A stretch of DNA of 64,000 nucleotides, from positions 32,001-96,000 of the IMG/VR virus record IMGVR_UViG_3300013794_000014; one strand, given 5' to 3'. Positions 10,474 to 19,503 of this stretch are shown piece after piece. The notes below the pieces were generated by a model, which saw only the letters and a list, made by a program, of their open reading frames with translations, made no database searches and was not told the origin of the DNA. The position numbers were made by a program, and so were the translations under genes. Source of the DNA: a virus. Every line of letters begins with the position of its first letter. Positions within the stretch are counted from its first letter, which is position 1.

Positions 10474-11277
10474 ATGTTAGTATATACACCAATTCCACCA
10501 ATAAACTACATTGAAAAAGTAACAGAAAGAACAAAATCAATTTTTATGTTAGCACAATTATGGTCTATTGAAGAATATCGTAATGCAATTACTAATTCTA
10601 ATTTGAAACTAATTGTACTTGATAATGGTGCTTATGAAGGTGAACTAGTATCAGATAAACGTTTAATTGAAGTTATTGGACAAGTATCTGAGTTACACCC
10701 AAAAGCAAAGATTTATGCCATAATACCAGATGAAATGCAGAATCCAGAAATGACGTTAAAGAGAACTGAAAAGTTTTTACAGTACATAGAAAGTAACGAT
10801 ATAAAGTTACCAAAAAATGTTTCATTATTAGGTGTCATTCAGGTAGATCCAAATGTCAATGAAAAAACTGCAATAATACAAACGTTAGACTTTTCTGGTA
10901 AATTAATTGACTTAACACATGGTTATGGTGTTCATTTAGGCGGTTTTACAATACCAGTATGGTTCTACAGAAAATGGGGTTATCGTGATGTATTCGGTTT
11001 AACTTTACGTTTAGTTTACAATGATCATATGTATATTCACGCCTTGGGTTTAGACGACTTCAATGAACTTAGATACATACAATATGGTTTTGATTCGTTT
11101 GATACGTCTATGCCATTTACGTTAGCATACTACGGTTTACCAATTAAGGAAGTGCCGTTACTTGACAAAAGTACTAAACAACAGTTAGGCATTGATAGAG
11201 TGCCGCTAAAGCATCCAGTTCTCGAAAACTCTTTATACATGAAGAATCTAGAAGAAATATTGAAATTATGTAAGTAA
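10474..11277 (+). CDS. dpdA: DpdA-like / TGT-fold 7-deazaguanine DNA transglycosylase
   Basis: IVLDNGAYE, IIPDE, YIHALG and DSFDTS motifs of the TGT/DpdA TIM barrel; adjacent to folE2 and GAT-queC. Confidence 0.72.
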   Translation: MLVYTPIPPINYIEKVTERTKSIFMLAQLWSIEEYRNAITNSNLKLIVLDNGAYEGELVSDKRLIEVIGQVSELHPKAKIYAIIPDEMQNPEMTLKRTEKFLQYIESNDIKLPKNVSLLGVIQVDPNVNEKTAIIQTLDFSGKLIDLTHGYGVHLGGFTIPVWFYRKWGYRDVFGLTLRLVYNDHMYIHALGLDDFNELRYIQYGFDSFDTSMPFTLAYYGLPIKEVPLLDKSTKQQLGIDRVPLKHPVLENSLYMKNLEEILKLCK

Positions 11278-11302
11278 AGTAACATATATATGTGGTGATC
11301 AA

Positions 11303-12184
11303 ATGAAAGATGTACAAAATAGTCAACCAGAAATACAAATACAGTATGATATACCGCTAGTAGGTATTGAAGACTTGAAGACATATGTACCAATTCATTG
11401 GAAAGATAACAGTTACCATCTACTTTGTACATTTTCAGTATTTGTCAATTTACCCGCTAATCAAAAAGGAATACATATGTCAAGAATACCTGAATCAATC
11501 TATGATGTAGTAAGGAAAATCGTTGGTAAAGAACATACATCATTAGAAGACTTACTAGTACATATTAAGGACAAACTACTTGAAAAACACGATTATGCTA
11601 ATACAGTTCTAATTAGGGTTTCAACGTATTTACCAATTACAGTGAAGACACCAAGAACAAAAAAAGATTCACAAGAAATCATACCAATTGAGATGGTTCT
11701 AGAACATAAAGACAATGAAACCCTTAAAACCCTAATTGTATATGTACTAGGACAAACTGTATGTCCATGTGCTCAAGAACTAACCAAAGAAGAACTTGAT
11801 GTTGAGTTATCTCCAAGTCATAATCAAAGGGGACAAATGACTATTGAATTCAAATGTCCAATTGATTATAACATTACCTTTGAAGAACTCTATGATGTAG
11901 CATGTAAGTCAATGTCGGCGCCAACATATTCACTGTTGAAAAGGCCGGATGAACAATTTGTCGTATTACAATCACATAGTAGGCCAAGGTTCGTCGAAGA
12001 TTGTGTTAGATATGCTAAACACTATATTGAACAATTAATTAGTGAAAAAGGTAACAAAAACAAAGACAAAAACAATAAAAACGTTTCTTACAGAATTAAA
12101 CAAGTCAATTATGAGTCAATACATAAACATAATGCAGTTGCAATTATTGGTGATTTAAGGTTTGGTAATCTAGGACTTCGGTGA
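11303..12184 (+). CDS. folE2: GTP cyclohydrolase FolE2/MptA family
   Basis: KGIHMSR, TVCPC, SHNQRG, LLKRPDE, PRFVEDCVR and ESIHKHNA motifs. Confidence 0.93.
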   Translation: MKDVQNSQPEIQIQYDIPLVGIEDLKTYVPIHWKDNSYHLLCTFSVFVNLPANQKGIHMSRIPESIYDVVRKIVGKEHTSLEDLLVHIKDKLLEKHDYANTVLIRVSTYLPITVKTPRTKKDSQEIIPIEMVLEHKDNETLKTLIVYVLGQTVCPCAQELTKEELDVELSPSHNQRGQMTIEFKCPIDYNITFEELYDVACKSMSAPTYSLLKRPDEQFVVLQSHSRPRFVEDCVRYAKHYIEQLISEKGNKNKDKNNKNVSYRIKQVNYESIHKHNAVAIIGDLRFGNLGLR

Positions 12185-12226
12185 TCTAGGATTTTCGGTG
12201 ATCCAAGATTTTCGGTGATCCAAATG
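12149..12226 (+). repeat. Five degenerate 15-17-nt tandem copies of an SD-containing unit (GGTGATCyArGATTTTC)
   Basis: ggtgatttaaggttt / ggtaatctaggacttc / ggtgatctaggattttc / ggtgatccaagattttc / ggtgatccaaATG. Confidence 0.85.
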
Positions 12227-13141
12227 ACTTCCATTTCTGATTTAAACATTCTTTTTTGTTATAACCAAGAAAAATTAGGTGCAATAAAGCGTGCTCACTG
12301 TTTACAAGAACAATCTCCAAAAGAAGTTGAATTACATTCTGTTCCGGTACAAAAAGTACAAGATATAGACGATGACTTTACACATGTTATTCTTGATAAA
12401 ACTGTTGCTAACACGCCTATCGAGCAAAATTATGAACAGAAACTAGTATTAGCAAATTGCCATAGAGAGCAGTATCAAAACTTAAATGTCAATGAAATGT
12501 TAGTTTATGATTTCAAAATGCCTTATACAGTATGTCGCTACAATTTACAGTATCCATATGAACGACAATACACTTACATTGGACCGTTGGTCAAAAGAGT
12601 ACAAACTAAACCAATTGAAGATAGGGCTGAACGTTTATTTGTCACAAATGGACAACATTACATGTTTGAATTAGCAAAATTTATTGTAGAACATGTAAAC
12701 GACGTCAAATGGATTATAGCGACAAAAACGGAAAAGGAATACGAAATACTAAAAGATACAAATAACTATGGACATGAAGTAGTCTATACAAAAGAGTTAG
12801 AACCTCTACTTGAACGTGCCAAATACGTTGTACATTATGGTTCACATCAGTTGGCGTTAGAATGCATTAGTACAGATCAAGTGCAATTAATTATACCGCC
12901 ACCACATTCAAGGTACTATTATCAACATGCATTCCGTATTAGGGAATTTTTAATTGGTTCATTTGTTTTTGATTTGTTTCATAGGGTACCAATTGAACGT
13001 AAATACCGCATAATAAGAAGAATTCGTTGTAATTATAAGTCATATAGAAGCAATTTACAGAACTATCGTGAAAAGGTAGAAAATAGTAAGGTGGTTACAT
13101 GTACACTGCCCACACTCTTTATACAGAACTCAAAGACTTAA
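12224..13141 (+). CDS. GT-B fold glycosyltransferase-like protein (GT28/GT1 C-terminal-like)
   Basis: YIGPLV...LEPLLERAKYVVHYGSHQLALECISTDQVQLIIP matches the nucleotide-sugar-binding segment of GT-B enzymes. Confidence 0.55.
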   Translation: MTSISDLNILFCYNQEKLGAIKRAHCLQEQSPKEVELHSVPVQKVQDIDDDFTHVILDKTVANTPIEQNYEQKLVLANCHREQYQNLNVNEMLVYDFKMPYTVCRYNLQYPYERQYTYIGPLVKRVQTKPIEDRAERLFVTNGQHYMFELAKFIVEHVNDVKWIIATKTEKEYEILKDTNNYGHEVVYTKELEPLLERAKYVVHYGSHQLALECISTDQVQLIIPPPHSRYYYQHAFRIREFLIGSFVFDLFHRVPIERKYRIIRRIRCNYKSYRSNLQNYREKVENSKVVTCTLPTLFIQNSKT

Positions 13142-13758
13142 AAAACGTTGTCTTAATAGTTTTTGACAATAATGTTGCTCATTTTTACGTTGGTATTAAA
13201 AGTGGATCTAAACTAATGAATGACAAAAACGTTAAAGGTAGAATTTACCTCAGTAATAGTTTAAATGCAACTTTTTGTATCACAGAATTCGATGATTTCT
13301 TAAAATACTTGAAGAACGTTAACGAACCTATCTTTTTTGACAAAGAAAATTTGGTTGTAACTACTCCTAATCGTGAGTTTGAATTTGTTGTCGATGAATT
13401 ACCACCGAAAGAACATTGGCCTACCTTTCCATATATCCAGAAACCAGAGACAATGTATAAAAACCTAAATTTGAAAATTGAGGTTCCTTATGACATAATG
13501 CGGTTTGAAGAAGAAGGAACATTTGTAGTATCATTAATGGGCCATAAAAAACGTATTAATAAAAACAAACATAAATTGTACACAGAAGTGAAGCGTGAAA
13601 CATTAGATAGATTACCACGATTTACATACGATTACTCATTGACGTTAGATTACCTTTATTTGCAATACAAAGAACCGTTAACTGGAAAAGCAAAAATAGA
13701 ATTCTATTTGACAAATGACTTAATGGTAACAGATGACGACATATTCGAGGTGATCTAA
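13099..13758 (+). CDS. Hypothetical protein, possible divergent sliding clamp (PCNA-like)
   Basis: 219 aa, beta-rich; C-terminal LYLQYKEPLTGKAKIEFYL resembles the PCNA C-terminal strand. Weak. Confidence 0.35.
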   Translation: MYTAHTLYTELKDLKNVVLIVFDNNVAHFYVGIKSGSKLMNDKNVKGRIYLSNSLNATFCITEFDDFLKYLKNVNEPIFFDKENLVVTTPNREFEFVVDELPPKEHWPTFPYIQKPETMYKNLNLKIEVPYDIMRFEEEGTFVVSLMGHKKRINKNKHKLYTEVKRETLDRLPRFTYDYSLTLDYLYLQYKEPLTGKAKIEFYLTNDLMVTDDDIFEVI

Positions 13759-14340
13759 ATGGAGTTAATAATAGACTTAAAACGGAAGACATATACTGGT
13801 GACGTCATTGAACCATTATGGGCTTATCAGCAATATGGTATTCAAAGTGACAGTATAGTGGTATTCAGAGGTCCTATGCAAGTAGAATTATCCGACATGA
13901 AAGATTTAGCCGACATTAAAGAAGCAAAACCAATTTATGCTAATGACGCCATTAATTTTATCATAGAGCATTTTGATTATCCAGATATCAGAATTACTTA
14001 TTTGAGACAAAGGTTACTTGTAATGATAGCAAAAGAAGTTCTAGAAGAGTATTCGGGCAAAAGGTTAACAAGAAATGGTGATGACTTATATTACAATAAC
14101 GGTAAACTTTCTGTATCTATTGCGACTAGTAGCATAACATCAGGAAAAATTCACTTGGGTATAAATATCACTAATGAAGGTACGCCTAAGGGTGTAAAAA
14201 CCGCCGCATTAAGTGATTTAGGACTAGTTAACGATGATCAAATTGAAATGATCATGGAAATGATTGGTAAACGGTATAAAACTGAAGTTGAAAAAATTGA
14301 GCAAGACATTAGGAAAACATTGCCGTTACTATCGAGGTGA
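13759..14340 (+). CDS. DUF366 family protein (biotin/lipoate-ligase-like fold)
   Basis: YTG..IEPLWAY, DSIVVFRGPM, FIIEHFD, YLRQRLL, RNGDDLY..GKLSVSIA, KIHLGIN. Confidence 0.85.
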   Translation: MELIIDLKRKTYTGDVIEPLWAYQQYGIQSDSIVVFRGPMQVELSDMKDLADIKEAKPIYANDAINFIIEHFDYPDIRITYLRQRLLVMIAKEVLEEYSGKRLTRNGDDLYYNNGKLSVSIATSSITSGKIHLGINITNEGTPKGVKTAALSDLGLVNDDQIEMIMEMIGKRYKTEVEKIEQDIRKTLPLLSR

Positions 14341-14344
14341 AATA

Positions 14345-15730
14345 ATGTGTGGAATAGGTTTCTATGGTCCAATATTAAACTCAGAAAGAGATAAACTACT
14401 TATTATGGAGTTATTGAAGACGTTGACAAAAAGAGGAAAAGATGGTTATGGTTTCATAGTAATCAGTGAAGATGGTAAGTATATGTTGTATCGCCATCAT
14501 AGTTTAGATCAAGTACTTATGCAATTACATTACACTGAGTTAAGAAAAGGAGATATTGTATTGGTACATAGTAGGGCAAGACCAATAAGTGAACTAATTC
14601 ATGAGGAAGAAAAAGAAAAGGACATTGAACTTTTACAACCTATTGTAAAACATAAAATTGCAGTTGTCTTTAACGGCATAATCGAAAATGATGAAGAGTT
14701 TAGGGAAAATGAAGAAAAATGGGTTGATACGTTTGCCATTTGTAAATACCATTCATTGCCCACATATAAGGACAAAGTTTTAAAAGGCAGTTATTCGTAC
14801 ATTTACGTTGATTTAGATGAACCACAAAAGATACACGCAATTAAAGGAAACCAACCATTATATGCTTACGAAAACGTGTATACTGGACAAATGATACTGT
14901 CGTCTGAACCGATAAAATTTGAAAACTTTTACAGTGTAAAGTTTCCAGTTGCTACAGAAATGGCTTTGACATTTAAAGTACAACAGTACATATTCGGACT
15001 ATTGACGACGTATAAATGTGAATATGAAATGACACCAATAAAAATCCATAATTCAGTGAATACACCAGATCCTGATAAATCAAAAGCGGTTGTCTTATGT
15101 TCTGGTGGACTTGATTCTTGTGTAGTCGCCTACGAAATGGCCAAACAATGTAATCACATCATTTTATTGAATTTTGACTATGGACAACCTGCCAGAAAAC
15201 AAGAATGGAATGCTACATTGAAACTATACGAATACCTACAGAAACAGTTTCCAGAGAAAACGTTCGAAGTTGTTCAATTGAAATTAGACGTGTTAAGTAC
15301 ATTGGCATCAAAGTCAACTGTTTTCAATGAACCTCCTGAAGGTACAAACGCCTTAGAAACCCTTTCAAGATGGATACCCGCAAGAAACTTAGTGTTCCTT
15401 TCATTGGCAGTTAGTTATGCAGAATATTGTGGTGCTGGAAAAATCGCCTATGGTGGAAACCTCGAAGAAGCATGTGTCTTTCCAGATAATACAACAGAAG
15501 CAATTGAAAAGTTCAATGAAGCAGTACAATGGTTTATTGCAAAACCAAAGATACAAATTATATGTCCAACCGCTTATGATATGAAAGTGGATATTGTCAG
15601 AAAAGCAATCGAGTATGGCGTCTATGATATTTCTTGGAGTTGTGATAGAGATGGTGAAACAGAATGTGGGCAATGTGAAGGATGTCTACTGAAACGTAAA
15701 GCACATAGACTTGTCACGTATCACATGTAA
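14345..15730 (+). CDS. queC: GAT-QueC fusion (class II glutamine amidotransferase + 7-cyano-7-deazaguanine synthase)
   Basis: SD GAGGTGA then MCGI (Ntn Cys), RGKDGYG, HSRA, FNGII; SGGLDS PP-loop, FDYGQ, IPARN, FPDN, SWSC...CGQCEGC. Confidence 0.92.
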   Translation: MCGIGFYGPILNSERDKLLIMELLKTLTKRGKDGYGFIVISEDGKYMLYRHHSLDQVLMQLHYTELRKGDIVLVHSRARPISELIHEEEKEKDIELLQPIVKHKIAVVFNGIIENDEEFRENEEKWVDTFAICKYHSLPTYKDKVLKGSYSYIYVDLDEPQKIHAIKGNQPLYAYENVYTGQMILSSEPIKFENFYSVKFPVATEMALTFKVQQYIFGLLTTYKCEYEMTPIKIHNSVNTPDPDKSKAVVLCSGGLDSCVVAYEMAKQCNHIILLNFDYGQPARKQEWNATLKLYEYLQKQFPEKTFEVVQLKLDVLSTLASKSTVFNEPPEGTNALETLSRWIPARNLVFLSLAVSYAEYCGAGKIAYGGNLEEACVFPDNTTEAIEKFNEAVQWFIAKPKIQIICPTAYDMKVDIVRKAIEYGVYDISWSCDRDGETECGQCEGCLLKRKAHRLVTYHM

Positions 15731-16092
15731 TCTTTGTAAACTTTAACTTCAGTTGGTTCAGTTACCTCTATTTCAACTTTTACATAAGGTGCTAAAGTCA
15801 ATACGATGTCGGATTTTTGAACTCTTGTACTATAATGATTGTCAAAAGTAATAACTGTGGTTGGTTCAGTATCATCTGCACTTCCGTCATTGGTTAAGGC
15901 CTGATAGCATTTGACGTAAACTTTCGTATTCGGGTTTCCTTTAGGTAATTGCACGACTAAATATATTGCTTCTGATATAGCGTTAATATAGAATGTTTTT
16001 GTATGTTCAACAATATCATGAAAGACAACTTCTGGTTTTTTACGTGTAGTTGAATATATCCAATGTCCTTTGAAACTCCTAATGAAAGGCAT
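15721..16092 (-). CDS. Hypothetical beta-rich protein
   Basis: 123 aa; AGGTGA SD on the minus strand. Confidence 0.7.
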   Translation of the reverse strand: MPFIRSFKGHWIYSTTRKKPEVVFHDIVEHTKTFYINAISEAIYLVVQLPKGNPNTKVYVKCYQALTNDGSADDTEPTTVITFDNHYSTRVQKSDIVLTLAPYVKVEIEVTEPTEVKVYKDYM

Positions 16093-16183
16093 TGTATCAC
16101 CTATCCTGTCACTTATAATGACATATACGTTAAATCAATTAAATTAAATTTAGAATTGAAGAAGGTAATATAAAGGTGTCAAT

Positions 16184-16396
16184 ATGTATAGGGTGCTGAT
16201 TGTTGGTTCAGAACCAATCAGAGTCAGAATTGATACAGAAGAACAATATTTTGAAATACAGTATAGCGATGTATTTGGTCCTATTAGATTTACATATGAT
16301 GATCCCTATGACATTATAAAAGTAATTGAACAATATACTTCTTTGAGTCAAGAAGATATACAAAGAATACTTGGTGTCTGTTACTATGGATGGTAA
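16184..16396 (+). CDS. Small acidic hypothetical protein
   Basis: 70 aa; AGGTG SD; overlaps the hslU start. Confidence 0.7.
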   Translation: MYRVLIVGSEPIRVRIDTEEQYFEIQYSDVFGPIRFTYDDPYDIIKVIEQYTSLSQEDIQRILGVCYYGW

Positions 16397-17684
16397 GAAC
16401 AAACTTCAGAAAATACAAGACTATTTACGACAGTATATCAAAGGACAAGAGCATGTCATTAAGTTAATTTCTATCTTACTGATTAACAGAGATCGAATTG
16501 AACGTATCAAATCTAAATTTAATTTTGAATCCGATACTAATATCAATGACAATGACAATGATATAGAATATCCCAAAGATGAGTTAGTGCCTCCTAACAT
16601 TATGTTAATTGGGCCGTCTGGATGTGGTAAAACCGAATTAACTAAACGTATTGCAGAAATTAGTGGGCGGTTTTGGTTCAGGATACCATGTACTGTATTG
16701 TCTGCAACTGGATATGTTGGTAAAGACGTAAACGACATATTGAAATATGCAATTGAATCAGCTATACAGAAAATACAAGAACAAAAACGTAAGGAGATAA
16801 TTGAACGGCAACTAGATAAACTATTATTGCGTGCTACTAAACCGCCACTAGTTACTGATACATATGTAAATAGTATTAAGAAATATGTTGAAGTTTATCG
16901 TAAGAATCCAGAACATCCACTGTTAGAAGAATTGTTAGTAGCAACGGTACCTGAACCGCATTACATGTTTAATCAAAAAGGTGAGAAATATACTGCAGGT
17001 ATTTTCTATCAAGAAGTCCGGGATACTGTAAAATCTATAATTGAAAAGTTAATTGAGGGTGAGTTAGCGAAACAACAGGAAAAAATACAAATGGAAGCAA
17101 TTAAACAAGTTGAAAACGGCATAATTATGCTTGATGAAATCGACAAGATTGTTGGAGGACGTCTCGATAACGTTTCAATGTATGGTGTTCAAAGAGAACT
17201 TCTTGCATTAGTTGAAGGATCCACATTTCATACACAATATGGTCCGATTAACACGAAAAACATATTGTTTATTTCAGCAGGAGCATTTCAAGTTGTATCA
17301 CCAGATGAAATGTTACCAGAACTGAGAGGTCGTTTTCCAATACGAATAAAACTTAAACCACTAATGAAAAAAGATTTCGTTGAAATTCTGAAACATTCAA
17401 GACTATCACCATTGAAAAAGTTCCAAACCATAATGAAAGCAGATGGAATTAACGTTACTTTTACAGACGACGCAATTGAGTATCTTGCTGAATATGCTGA
17501 AATGTTAAATCAGAAAGAAGAACAAATTGGTGCAAGACGTCTATGGGAATTATTTGATAAACACCTTATTGACTTGTATTTACTAGAAAAAGATACTGTA
17601 ATCACGAAGGAAATGTTACAAGAATTATTGCCAAGACATAGTAGAAGAAAACAAAAAAGATTTCCATATGAGATGTATATATAG
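16386..17684 (+). CDS. hslU: HslU/ClpY-type AAA+ unfoldase
   Basis: PNIMLIGPSGCGKTE, GYVG pore loop, GIIMLDEIDKI, GVQRELLALVEG, ILFISAGAF, PELRGRFPIR, IGARRL; I-domain-like insert. Confidence 0.92.
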   Translation: MDGKNKLQKIQDYLRQYIKGQEHVIKLISILLINRDRIERIKSKFNFESDTNINDNDNDIEYPKDELVPPNIMLIGPSGCGKTELTKRIAEISGRFWFRIPCTVLSATGYVGKDVNDILKYAIESAIQKIQEQKRKEIIERQLDKLLLRATKPPLVTDTYVNSIKKYVEVYRKNPEHPLLEELLVATVPEPHYMFNQKGEKYTAGIFYQEVRDTVKSIIEKLIEGELAKQQEKIQMEAIKQVENGIIMLDEIDKIVGGRLDNVSMYGVQRELLALVEGSTFHTQYGPINTKNILFISAGAFQVVSPDEMLPELRGRFPIRIKLKPLMKKDFVEILKHSRLSPLKKFQTIMKADGINVTFTDDAIEYLAEYAEMLNQKEEQIGARRLWELFDKHLIDLYLLEKDTVITKEMLQELLPRHSRRKQKRFPYEMYI

Positions 17685-17735
17685 ATGTTCTGATAGATGA
17701 TGAATATAATGTAATAAACAGTTATCGGTGACAAA

Positions 17736-18671
17736 ATGCATGGTAAAATACATCCACATTGGTTTTTACCAATGAATTATTTTCCATGTCAATATTACAT
17801 CAGAGCATATAGTGCTAATTTCACAGAAAATTGGTTTGTAAAATATGAAACAGAATCAAGTACAGTTGTTGACGATGATGGTAACGAAATACCAATGGTA
17901 GTTCCTGTAGAACCTGATAAATATCATAATATTAACAGTAACGAATTAATTGCACTACAGTTCAATGCAAAAACCAAACAGTTTAAATTGATAGAAAAAG
18001 TATATACAACTAACAATTCTAGTAACGAAAATGAATTCATTTATCATCGTGAAAATATTATTAAATGTTATTACCCAGAAGATTTTACAGAGGTAAAAAA
18101 AGTGAAACCAGGACAATATATTGACGGCAGTAATATTGGTGATTTGATTTACGTTGCAACCACGGATGATGGTGCTGCTTGGACTAGTAATTTCTACTAT
18201 GGTACAAAAGAATATATTGGCCGCAGATTCAGACATTATGTAGATGTTAACAAAACTGTAATAACCGGATATGATGCTGAAGGTAGACCAATAACTACAA
18301 CGGTTCGGATTACATATACAAAACCATTTATTGTGTATTTGGATCCACATAAGTTTGCTGAAGAACATTTAGACTTAACAAATCAAGACTATGATTTTGC
18401 TTTAGTTAAATACACTGAGTGGAGTTCATGGCCAAATGCTAAACACCCCGTTTCTGGTAGACATAAAGCTATAATTTCAAAAAGAAACTACTATCCATAT
18501 GGTTGGTTTGAACCTTATCGTGAATACTGGACTCTTTTAAAACGTAAACCAAAAGAAGATAATGAAGATGGTTATGAGCGTATTTGTATGATGGCAAGAA
18601 CAGGGAAAGACACATCATATGGACTTGCTATCAGTGAAATTATCTATTACAAGTTAAATACAAATGAATAG
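17736..18671 (+). CDS. Hypothetical virion-associated protein
   Basis: 311 aa, aromatic and beta-rich; shares DFA(L/V)V and G(L/F)AI C-terminal motifs with the next ORF. Confidence 0.6.
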   Translation: MHGKIHPHWFLPMNYFPCQYYIRAYSANFTENWFVKYETESSTVVDDDGNEIPMVVPVEPDKYHNINSNELIALQFNAKTKQFKLIEKVYTTNNSSNENEFIYHRENIIKCYYPEDFTEVKKVKPGQYIDGSNIGDLIYVATTDDGAAWTSNFYYGTKEYIGRRFRHYVDVNKTVITGYDAEGRPITTTVRITYTKPFIVYLDPHKFAEEHLDLTNQDYDFALVKYTEWSSWPNAKHPVSGRHKAIISKRNYYPYGWFEPYREYWTLLKRKPKEDNEDGYERICMMARTGKDTSYGLAISEIIYYKLNTNE

Positions 18672-18682
18672 GTGATCAAATT

Positions 18683-19492
18683 ATGTTTCTGCATTTACCT
18701 GAAAGAGTTTTTTTTGAAACTGAAATGAAACGTAAGGCATTACAACAGAACGCATACAATTTTGGTTGGACTTGGTATTATACAATTGAATCACAAGATC
18801 ATACGTTACAAGTACATTATACAGGTAATGCGATAACCAGTACAAATTACATAATGTTACAACCAACCAGATTCGATAACAGGTTTGTTAACCTTAACAT
18901 AAAGATTCTAAATGAACCTATATATGACCCAACCGATACACACGTTGTATATAGTTATACACATAAACTTGAGTTAATTTTTGAACAACAGTGTACACAT
19001 GTATATACGTATTATCCACATCCATCACATTTTTGGTATAAAAGGTTTAATTGGAGTGCAGACCATAAAGATGAGTTATGGGTTGATAACGACAAGTTCA
19101 AGTTGAAAATCTTTCCAATGTTAGATAAGTATCCTGGTACAGATGTGCAGCATAACGAATGGAGTGGTTTTTTGGGTATAGGAATGGTTGCTGGAGGTGC
19201 ACCAGCTGTGATACAAATTCCAATGGAAAATTTCATTCTTGATGAGGATGGAAATCCAATGGGCGAATGGGATTTTGCTGTTGTGCGCGGACATTGGCTT
19301 GGTGGCGAAACTATGTTATCATACGGTTCTAGAGATGACATTAAACCTGTATCAATGACTATACCTAAGCGTGAATTTGAAGTTGTTGTTAAACCAGGAG
19401 AATCATTATGGTACAGTAGTTTATCTGGTGGAAGTAGAGGTTTTGCAATAACTTACATTCAGTTTTATCGGTACAATCAAATTCCTGGTTAA
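18683..19492 (+). CDS. Hypothetical virion-associated protein
   Basis: 269 aa; GGTGA SD; apparent paralogue of 17736..18671. Confidence 0.6.
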   Translation: MFLHLPERVFFETEMKRKALQQNAYNFGWTWYYTIESQDHTLQVHYTGNAITSTNYIMLQPTRFDNRFVNLNIKILNEPIYDPTDTHVVYSYTHKLELIFEQQCTHVYTYYPHPSHFWYKRFNWSADHKDELWVDNDKFKLKIFPMLDKYPGTDVQHNEWSGFLGIGMVAGGAPAVIQIPMENFILDEDGNPMGEWDFAVVRGHWLGGETMLSYGSRDDIKPVSMTIPKREFEVVVKPGESLWYSSLSGGSRGFAITYIQFYRYNQIPG

Positions 19493-19503
19493 AGGTGTCA
19501 ACA

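Noticed and set aside
10474-11277. Host-type archaeosine tRNA-guanine transglycosylase
   Set aside because: Too short and lacks the Zn-binding and PUA domains; viral context favours a DNA-acting DpdA-like enzyme.
12149-12226. Possible mini-CRISPR array
   Set aside because: Units are 15-17 nt and directly abutting with no spacers; no cas genes seen.
14264-14344. ORF-track N-terminal extension of GAT-QueC
   Set aside because: Class II amidotransferases need Cys at position 2; the SD and MCGI place the start at 14345.
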